A DNA stretch of 64,000 nt from a virus, in the IMG/VR virus record IMGVR_UViG_3300022602_000028, one strand, 5' to 3'. The notes beneath the pieces are model-generated. The model was given only the letters and a program-made list of their open reading frames with translations, was not told the DNA's origin and searched no databases. Each line of letters opens with the position of its first letter. Within the stretch, counting starts at the first letter, position 1. Of this stretch, positions 56,335-64,000 are shown one piece after another. The position numbers were made by a program, and so were the translations under genes.

Positions 56335-59300
56335 ATGGCAGAATTTAAATTAGGTAGAATTAGATTTGTTTGGAAAAACACATGGGCTGGTTCTACTACC
56401 TACTACAAAGATGACGTAGTTAGATACGGCGGTAAAACATACCTTTGCTTAACAGGGCACACTAGTAGTAGTGTATCAAACGGTTTTTATACGGATTTGT
56501 CATCAAATTACTGGCAATTATCTGCTGATGGCCAATCGTGGACCGGTACTTGGGTAGCTAGTACAGTTTACAAAATTGGTGATTTAGTAAAATACGGTGG
56601 AACTGTTTACATTTGTAATACAGGTCACGTTGCAAGTACTACACTCGAAACGAATCAAAGTTATTGGGATCAATGGGCAACCAGTTTGAATTTTATTGGT
56701 CCTTGGATTGCCGGTACAACATACAAAGTAGCTGACATTGTTACATACGGTGCAACGGTGTATCGTTGTAACACTGGACATACTGCGGCTGCAACTCCTG
56801 CTCTTGGATTAGAAGCAAATCAATCATCATGGGATGTATTAAACCAGGCGTTTGCTTATGTAGGTGCATGGAGTGCACCTACTACTGTAACCGGTACTAT
56901 TAGCGGAACAACATTAACAACTACAGGCGGATCTCCAGCTATTGGACAAGTGTTATCCGGTGGTAGTATTGCCGCAGGAACAGTAATTCTCAGCGGTAGC
57001 GGAACAACTTGGACATTAAGTATTTCTAATGGATCATTGTCTAGCGCAACTTATACAGCAAGCCCACGTTACAGAATAAATGACGTGGTAAAATATGGCG
57101 CAGGTCTTTGGATTTGTACAACATATCATAGCAGTACCAACGCTGGATTTGCCACAACTAATTTTGCAAGACTAGTAGACGGTTTAGAATTTAGTAATTC
57201 TTGGTCAGTGTCTTCAGCCTATGCGGTCGGCGATACCGTTACATACGGCGGTTATACTTATGTTGCAAAAACTAACGTAACAAATACAAGTCTTTCATTA
57301 GCTTCTTCAGTAGGAAATGGAACAAGTGTAACTTACAATTTTGCTAGTCAAACAATTCAACCATTTGTAGCACCACAGAGTGTAACCATAACAGGTGCAA
57401 CTGGTACGTTGGCATCAAATACATCAACTGGTGTTGGAGCTACAGCAGTGTTTACTGCAAGTGTAACTAGCTCAACTACATTAAGTGTATCTAGTGTTAC
57501 TAGTGGAACTATCACAGTTGGATCTGTAATTTCCGGAACTGGTGTTACTGTAGGAACAACTATTCTTGCATTATTATCAGGTAATGGTAGTTCAGGTGCA
57601 AGCACATGGCAGTTAAGTACTAGTCAGAATTTTACATCAACTACAGTTTCAGCATCTGCTAATACTGGCGTAGCTACTTTAGTGTTCAACACAGCCCAAT
57701 CGGTTGCTCCATTCCAAATTGGACAAATTATAACTGTATCAGGGTTTACAGGTGGAGCAACAGGATATAATGGTACTCAAACTGTAGTATCTTGTACACA
57801 AACATATCTTACATTTGCTAGTTCTACTACTCCGTATGCAACTGGTGGTACAATTACAATTACTGGATATAATGGTTCTTATGTAGTACAAAGTGCAACC
57901 AGTTCAAGTGTAACAGTTTTAAATACTAATATTATTCCAATGACTGGTGGTACTATTACCAACAGTCCTCCTACAACAAACACAGGATCATGGGGTTTAT
58001 TAAGTACTGGATTTAGTTATCAAAGTACATGGACTACATCAACTGCATATAAAATTGGTGCTGTAGTATCATTTGGTGCGTATACATATTTGGTCACTGC
58101 TGATCATACTAGTAGCGCAACTATCATTCCTCCTAATGCAAGTTATTATGCATTATTGAATCCAGGAATGCGTTGGACTACTTACGCTACAGGTGCAAGC
58201 TATGTAAGCCCAACAAATACAACTACAAGTGGTACAGGTTCAGGCGCAACATTTACAGTTGGTGTTAACGGTACAACTTATACAGTTACTAAAACTGGTA
58301 ATGGTTCTGGATATTCAACTAATGCAGTAATTAAAATTGCTGGTACACAAGTAGGCGGTTTAACTCCTGCTAACGATATTCTTATTACAGTACAACAAAG
58401 CGGTGGCGCAATCACAACATTTACCTTTACTGGTTTAGCAGTAACTTGGTATTCAGGCAGTTCATATGTACTTGGCGATCAAGTTACAATGGGTTATAAC
58501 AGTTATATTTGCGTATTAGCTCATACTGCCGCAACAGGAAATCGTCCAGATAATGATACAACAGGTACATATTGGAACCAAGTAGCAAGTGGTGCTGAGA
58601 CTAACGTATTAACAACACAAGGTGATATAGTTTATTTTGGTGGAGCAGGTGCTACACGTTTACCTATTGGTACTGATGGTCAAGTATTGAAAGTCGTTGG
58701 TACTACTCCAACATGGGCAACATTTGGACAAATTAATAACGTTTATTATGTTGCACCAAGTGGCACAGACAACTATACTAATGGATATGGTGTTACATTA
58801 GATAAACCATTTGCCACAATTAAATATGCCGCAAGTATTGTTGCCGCAGGTGTTAACAATCCTAATGCAGTTGCTTTATTAAAAGCAAATAAAACTTGGA
58901 TGCAAAACGAAATGTGGTACTGGAGCACTTATGAGAAATCAGTTAGTGCAAGTCCGTTTAGTCCAAGTTCAGTCTACGACCAAACTAAATCATATCGCGA
59001 TTCAGGATTTATTATTGATGGTGTAATTTATGACTTATCACGTGGTGGTAATAGTCAGACAATTTTCAATGCGTATGCATTTTTCCAACCAGGAACTAAT
59101 ACATTCTACGATACAACTGTGGCAGCTGAAATGCCATATTTCATTGCCATGTTGACTGAGTTGGCCAGTTTAATGCAAAATGCGTTAACACAAACTGCGC
59201 CAGGAACAAGTTATCAAACTGTAATGACAGCACCTAATCCAGTTAGTCAAGTAACTGCTGGCTCAGCGGCTGAATCCGGAGCAACTACAGCAACAACAAC

Positions 59301-62300
59301 TTTAATGAACTATATCATTACTGCGTTGACTACTGTAAGTACTGCGGCACTACCTTCACGTAGTAGCGGTCAAAGTGCAACAATTTTTGTTAAGACAGGA
59401 ACTTACAACGAAATTCTTCCTATTAGTATTCCAGAAAATTGTAGTTTAGTAGGTGACGAGTTGCGTACAACTATTGTTCAACCAGCAAGTACTACAGCAA
59501 CTGTAACTGGATTTATCAGCAATGGTACAAATAGTTCGACCGCAGGTACAACATTATCAGTAACCGCTGTTACTAGTGGTAGCGTAACAAACGGTATGTG
59601 GTTACAATCCGCTGGTGTAATTGCATTACCAACTCAAATTACCAGCATCAATGCTGGTACACTTAATAGTCCATCGATTGCGGCAACAACGGTTGCAAGC
59701 ACAGCATCGGTTGGAAGTGTAACCGGATCAGGACCTTGGACAGCAACATTAACAGGACTATCAAATGCTAATTTGTTTACGGTTGGCGCAACAATTTCTG
59801 CAACAGCTGGTTCAAGTACTTCCCTTTCGGGTATGGCAAGCAGTGGCGGCGGCGTATTTACAATTACTACTCCATCAATTACTATAGCAGTTGGCATGAC
59901 TGTAACTCTTACTAGTGCTAATACTGGTACTGCTTCTAATGTTACTGCTGGTTCATATACGATTACAGCAATAGCTAGTCAAACACAATTTACTATTGCC
60001 GCATTAGCAACAGCTACTTCAGGTACTATTGCTACACAAACTTGGGCAATTTCCGCTGGATCATTATATAGCGGTAGTCCAACTAGTGCTGTAGTAACAA
60101 GTATTCCAAGTGCAACTAGCATTACATATACTGTTACAGGCGGTAATTTACCAGTAGCAGGCCCAATTACAGCAGTAACACAAACACAATTAACAGCAGG
60201 AGCAAGCAGTACTGGTTTAACAGTTGGCGGCGTACTAAGCGGCGGCTCAGTAACTACTGGCACATATATTGTAGGACAAATTTACGGAGCATCTGGAACC
60301 GCAGTTGTTAATTCAGTAAGTAGTGGTACAAGTGGAACAAACACAATTACTGTAACTTCAAATGCAAACATTGCTATTGGACAATTTGTTTCAGGTAACG
60401 GAGCTTCAATCGCTGGACTTCCAGCTAACACATACGTAACTGGGTTTACTGGTACAAGTGTAACTTTAAGCAATAATTTAACAGCAAGCATTAGTTCAAC
60501 TGCTATATATTTCTTTACAGCAGGTGGTGCAGGATTGTATGGTATCAACCAACTAGCTACAGGTACTCCTACCGCGGCTACAAGTTATACTGTAACACTG
60601 AGCCAATCAACTGCAAGTGCTACAATAACATTAAACTATACTAGTGGTAATATGTTCTATATGCGTAACGGTGCAACATTACGTAATATGACCTTGCAAG
60701 GATTGTCAGGTACATTAGGAACAGCTAACGGTTATGGAACACAACGTCCAAGCGCAGGTGCTTATGTAAGTTTAGACCCAGGAACTGGACCTAACGATAC
60801 ATCAGTTTGGATTTTCAATCGTTCACCGTATGTACAAAACGTAACAACATTTGGTACAGGTTGTATTGGACAAAAAGTTGATGGTGCATTACACAACGGT
60901 GGTAACCAATCAATTACATCAAACGATTTCACACAAGTTTTAAGTGATGGTATCGGCGCATGGGTTACTAACTTAGGTCGCGCAGAACTTGTTTCAGTGT
61001 TTACATATTATAATAATATTGGTTATCTAAGTGAGAACGGTGGAAAGATTCGTGCTACTAACGGTAATAACAGTTATGGATTATACGGTAGTGTAGCAGA
61101 AGGCGTTAACGCTTTTGAAACACCAATCACAGGAACTGTAAATAACCGTGCTGGTCAAGCAAGCATTGGTGTTGTTTTAGCTAATAATAGCAACAGCATT
61201 TATCGTGTAGAATATACTAATGCTGGTAACAACTATAGTCCTGCTTATGGGATTGCCGCTCAAGCAACAACTTATACATTCAATGGTGGTAATAATAACG
61301 CTGTAGCAATTAGTGATGAAACACGAGATAATGCAGTTTTTGAAACTAGAGTGTTGTCTAGCGGTGCAGGTTACATTTATGTAACAAGTACACCACAAGC
61401 TGGAGATATTGCTACAATTACATTAGCGGCTACTGATAATGCTATTAGTGCATCTTACCTAGGCTTAAGAGTAATAATTAATAACGGTACTGGATCTGGA
61501 CAATATGGTTACATTGCTAACTATAATGCTAGCACTAAGATTGCATTGGTAGCTAAAGAATCATTCACTCCAATAGTAGTGACTAACACTACTGCGGTTA
61601 CTAACGTATTAACTGTTGCAAGTACAATCACATTATATTCTGGTATGCCAGTTGTGTTTACTGGTACTGCTTATACAGGTAGCTTATTATCAACATTAAC
61701 AACATATTATATTGTTAATGGTAGTATTACAAGTACTACGTTCCAATTAGCTACTAGTGCCGCATTGGCTGCCGGTGGTTCAGCAAACGCAATTACTTTA
61801 GGAACTACAAGTGGTTCGGCATTTATTCTAAATGCCGCTGGTTGGGACCATGTAATTCCAGGAACTGCCGCAGTGGCATCAATGGATACCACAACCACTT
61901 ATCAAATTGAATCTAGAATTACTTATTCTAGTCCATCATTTACATATAATCCAGGATCAATTACCAGCGCCGCATGGACTGCTAGTACATACGCCAATGG
62001 ATATTATGTTGCTGTAGCTGGAACTGCTAGCGGTACAAACACAGCAGGTTATAGTACCAATGGTACAAGCTGGACAGTTGGCTCAACATTACCAGCTATT
62101 ACTAACTGGAGTTCAGTGGCAGCAGGTACAATTGCCGGCGCTTGGTATTATGTTGCTGTAGCTAACGGTAGTGCAAGCAGTGCTTATAGTACTAACGGTA
62201 CAAGTTGGACAAGTATGACTGGTTTACCAGTTGGTAACTGGAATCAAGTTGCGTATGGTAACGGTTATTTTATGACTGTTAACAACGGTAATAACGGTTG

Positions 62301-64000
62301 CTATATTAGTACAACTGGAACAAGCTGGTCTGTAACTGGCCTTTTACCAAGTAGCTTAACATGGAGTTGTATAGCTTATGGAACTGGTGCCGCAACTTGG
62401 GTAACACTAGCAGGTGGTACTACACCAACCAGCAGTGGTGCTTATAGTATTAACAACGGAACAACATGGACCGCTATGACACTGCCTGTGGCAGCAAACT
62501 GGACTAGCGTAACATGGGGTAATAACCGTTTTGTTGCAGTAGCTCAAGGTAGCACAGCAGTTATCTATTCAACTAATGGTGTAACCTGGACACAAAGCCC
62601 AACTGGTTTAATTACTAGTTATGCATGGAATAATGTCAAATATGGCCAAGGTAGTTTCTTTGCAACTGCAACTACATTGAATCCTACAGTTAGCAATACT
62701 AGTTCTGGTAATAATTTAATTACTTTAAGTTCAACAACTGGTTTGGCTACAGGACAAACATTAGTTCCAACAGCAGTAACACAATCAACTACTGCTAGTG
62801 CAACAACTAGTGCAACAGCAGTAACAAATAATAATAGTATTATCACTGGTACAGTATTCACACCAGGACAAGTTAACTATGGAACATTTGCTACTGGTAT
62901 GACTTTAAGTGGTACCGGTGTATATACAGGTCAAGGTATTGCTATAACATCAGTATCTCCAAGTACACCTACATCAGGTAGTACAACATATACTTTTGCT
63001 ACACAAGCAACTATTCCATTCCAAGTTAATCAGGCAATTACTGTTCAAGGTATATTACCAGTAGGTTATAACGGAACATTTACAGTAACTGGTGCAACAA
63101 TTAATACCGTTGTAGTATCTAATGCAACAACAGGTAGCACAACCGCACTTGGTACAATTACAAGTACACCAACTTATATCACTGCTCAAACTAACTTTAC
63201 TAGTACAAGTAGTACTATTGTTGGTACAACACTAACAGTTGGTGGTACTATTACTGGTACAGTTGCAGTAGGTCAATATTTGTCAGGTGTAACATGGTCT
63301 AACACATTCTCACAAATTATTGGTACAACATTAAGTTTGGCAGGTACTACAACAGGTACTGTTGCCGCTAACCAATACGTTGCCGGTTATCAAGCTACTA
63401 ACACAAGTGCAACTAGCACTTATGTAACAAGTGGTACACAAATTAGTGCTGTTGTTAACCCAACATTTACTGGACAAGTAAGTGCTGGTACAGCAATAAC
63501 ATTTACTGGTTATACCATTGGCAACATTCTTTATGTTACAAGTACTCCAAGCAGTACTGGTATCGTAGTAGGTATGACATTAGCCGGTACTGGTATCACT
63601 GGAGGAACGTATATTGTTAGCAATATTAACGGTGCGGCCACAACAACAGGTAGCTGGGTTATTAACTTATCTCAAACTGTTGCTAGCTCAGGTAGTCCAA
63701 TTGCATTAACTGCTACACCAGTAACAATTAACGTTACTGTAAATAGTGGTACAATTTTACCAGGTACAGTTATTAGTGGTAGTACAAGTATTCCGTCAGC
63801 ACAAAACTTAGCAATTACAGGTATTACTGGTAACGGTATTACAGTAAGTGTAACGTATGCTACTCAAAGTGCGGCACCTTTCATTGCTGGCCAAAGTATT
63901 ACAATTAGTGGTGTTACCGGTTCGGGTAATGTTTACAACGGAGTATGGACTGTAACAGGCGCCACAACAACTTTAGTACAATTCTCAAGTGCGTTATCTG
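56335..64000 (+). CDS. Very large tail fibre/tailspike paralog (>2555 aa), runs off the right edge
   Basis: Absent from the track, consistent with having no stop inside the window. MAEFKLGRIRFVWKNTW start parallels MPDFKIASIRYTWKGTW of 50930. Spot-checked in frame at 56341, 58681, 59401, 60661 and 63961; same CBM-repeat, beta-helix, BNR architecture with large insertions. Confidence 0.85.
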   Translation, partial: MAEFKLGRIRFVWKNTWAGSTTYYKDDVVRYGGKTYLCLTGHTSSSVSNGFYTDLSSNYWQLSADGQSWTGTWVASTVYKIGDLVKYGGTVYICNTGHVASTTLETNQSYWDQWATSLNFIGPWIAGTTYKVADIVTYGATVYRCNTGHTAAATPALGLEANQSSWDVLNQAFAYVGAWSAPTTVTGTISGTTLTTTGGSPAIGQVLSGGSIAAGTVILSGSGTTWTLSISNGSLSSATYTASPRYRINDVVKYGAGLWICTTYHSSTNAGFATTNFARLVDGLEFSNSWSVSSAYAVGDTVTYGGYTYVAKTNVTNTSLSLASSVGNGTSVTYNFASQTIQPFVAPQSVTITGATGTLASNTSTGVGATAVFTASVTSSTTLSVSSVTSGTITVGSVISGTGVTVGTTILALLSGNGSSGASTWQLSTSQNFTSTTVSASANTGVATLVFNTAQSVAPFQIGQIITVSGFTGGATGYNGTQTVVSCTQTYLTFASSTTPYATGGTITITGYNGSYVVQSATSSSVTVLNTNIIPMTGGTITNSPPTTNTGSWGLLSTGFSYQSTWTTSTAYKIGAVVSFGAYTYLVTADHTSSATIIPPNASYYALLNPGMRWTTYATGASYVSPTNTTTSGTGSGATFTVGVNGTTYTVTKTGNGSGYSTNAVIKIAGTQVGGLTPANDILITVQQSGGAITTFTFTGLAVTWYSGSSYVLGDQVTMGYNSYICVLAHTAATGNRPDNDTTGTYWNQVASGAETNVLTTQGDIVYFGGAGATRLPIGTDGQVLKVVGTTPTWATFGQINNVYYVAPSGTDNYTNGYGVTLDKPFATIKYAASIVAAGVNNPNAVALLKANKTWMQNEMWYWSTYEKSVSASPFSPSSVYDQTKSYRDSGFIIDGVIYDLSRGGNSQTIFNAYAFFQPGTNTFYDTTVAAEMPYFIAMLTELASLMQNALTQTAPGTSYQTVMTAPNPVSQVTAGSAAESGATTATTTLMNYIITALTTVSTAALPSRSSGQSATIFVKTGTYNEILPISIPENCSLVGDELRTTIVQPASTTATVTGFISNGTNSSTAGTTLSVTAVTSGSVTNGMWLQSAGVIALPTQITSINAGTLNSPSIAATTVASTASVGSVTGSGPWTATLTGLSNANLFTVGATISATAGSSTSLSGMASSGGGVFTITTPSITIAVGMTVTLTSANTGTASNVTAGSYTITAIASQTQFTIAALATATSGTIATQTWAISAGSLYSGSPTSAVVTSIPSATSITYTVTGGNLPVAGPITAVTQTQLTAGASSTGLTVGGVLSGGSVTTGTYIVGQIYGASGTAVVNSVSSGTSGTNTITVTSNANIAIGQFVSGNGASIAGLPANTYVTGFTGTSVTLSNNLTASISSTAIYFFTAGGAGLYGINQLATGTPTAATSYTVTLSQSTASATITLNYTSGNMFYMRNGATLRNMTLQGLSGTLGTANGYGTQRPSAGAYVSLDPGTGPNDTSVWIFNRSPYVQNVTTFGTGCIGQKVDGALHNGGNQSITSNDFTQVLSDGIGAWVTNLGRAELVSVFTYYNNIGYLSENGGKIRATNGNNSYGLYGSVAEGVNAFETPITGTVNNRAGQASIGVVLANNSNSIYRVEYTNAGNNYSPAYGIAAQATTYTFNGGNNNAVAISDETRDNAVFETRVLSSGAGYIYVTSTPQAGDIATITLAATDNAISASYLGLRVIINNGTGSGQYGYIANYNASTKIALVAKESFTPIVVTNTTAVTNVLTVASTITLYSGMPVVFTGTAYTGSLLSTLTTYYIVNGSITSTTFQLATSAALAAGGSANAITLGTTSGSAFILNAAGWDHVIPGTAAVASMDTTTTYQIESRITYSSPSFTYNPGSITSAAWTASTYANGYYVAVAGTASGTNTAGYSTNGTSWTVGSTLPAITNWSSVAAGTIAGAWYYVAVANGSASSAYSTNGTSWTSMTGLPVGNWNQVAYGNGYFMTVNNGNNGCYISTTGTSWSVTGLLPSSLTWSCIAYGTGAATWVTLAGGTTPTSSGAYSINNGTTWTAMTLPVAANWTSVTWGNNRFVAVAQGSTAVIYSTNGVTWTQSPTGLITSYAWNNVKYGQGSFFATATTLNPTVSNTSSGNNLITLSSTTGLATGQTLVPTAVTQSTTASATTSATAVTNNNSIITGTVFTPGQVNYGTFATGMTLSGTGVYTGQGIAITSVSPSTPTSGSTTYTFATQATIPFQVNQAITVQGILPVGYNGTFTVTGATINTVVVSNATTGSTTALGTITSTPTYITAQTNFTSTSSTIVGTTLTVGGTITGTVAVGQYLSGVTWSNTFSQIIGTTLSLAGTTTGTVAANQYVAGYQATNTSATSTYVTSGTQISAVVNPTFTGQVSAGTAITFTGYTIGNILYVTSTPSSTGIVVGMTLAGTGITGGTYIVSNINGAATTTGSWVINLSQTVASSGSPIALTATPVTINVTVNSGTILPGTVISGSTSIPSAQNLAITGITGNGITVSVTYATQSAAPFIAGQSITISGVTGSGNVYNGVWTVTGATTTLVQFSSALS
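59437..59484 (+). repeat. 48-bp exact direct repeat, copy 2
   Basis: Identical to 52667-52714. Confidence 0.9.

Noticed and set aside
52667-59484. Diversity-generating retroelement TR/VR pair
   Set aside because: The repeat is short and exact with no adenine-specific mismatches, both copies are mid-gene, and no reverse transcriptase is in the window.

Overview
A 64-kb segment of an AT-rich, T4-like (large myovirus) bacteriophage genome, made up almost entirely of virion morphogenesis genes. 1-27.2 kb (minus strand) is a baseplate/tail operon: tube-initiator-like protein, gp53-like, gp27-like hub, gp5-like spike, two micro-ORFs, gp25, gp6, a 4776-aa giant wedge protein, a fibre, and the start of a sedolisin (S53)-like protease cut by the window edge. 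27.2-31.6 kb (plus) is an early module under a consensus sigma70 promoter: gp55 late sigma, gp47/gp46 (Mre11/Rad50-like), an Hc1-like protein and a GIY-YIG nuclease. It is followed by about 450 nt of non-coding, GC-enriched, densely base-paired sequence, a candidate large structured ncRNA. Next come a candidate capsid-internal protein and a gp26/gp51-like chaperone pair joined by what looks like a programmed -1 frameshift. The rest is tape measure, portal, core, protease, scaffold, major capsid and a long cluster of fibre/decoration genes, ending in a >2555-codon ORF that runs off the window. Late genes share a TAAATA promoter core, three of them appear leaderless, and two fibre/decoration genes carry structured 5' leaders. 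No tRNA, CRISPR array, integrase, reverse transcriptase or stop-codon recoding was seen. All family assignments come from motif recognition by eye and all RNA structures were paired by hand; no database searches or folding programs were run.
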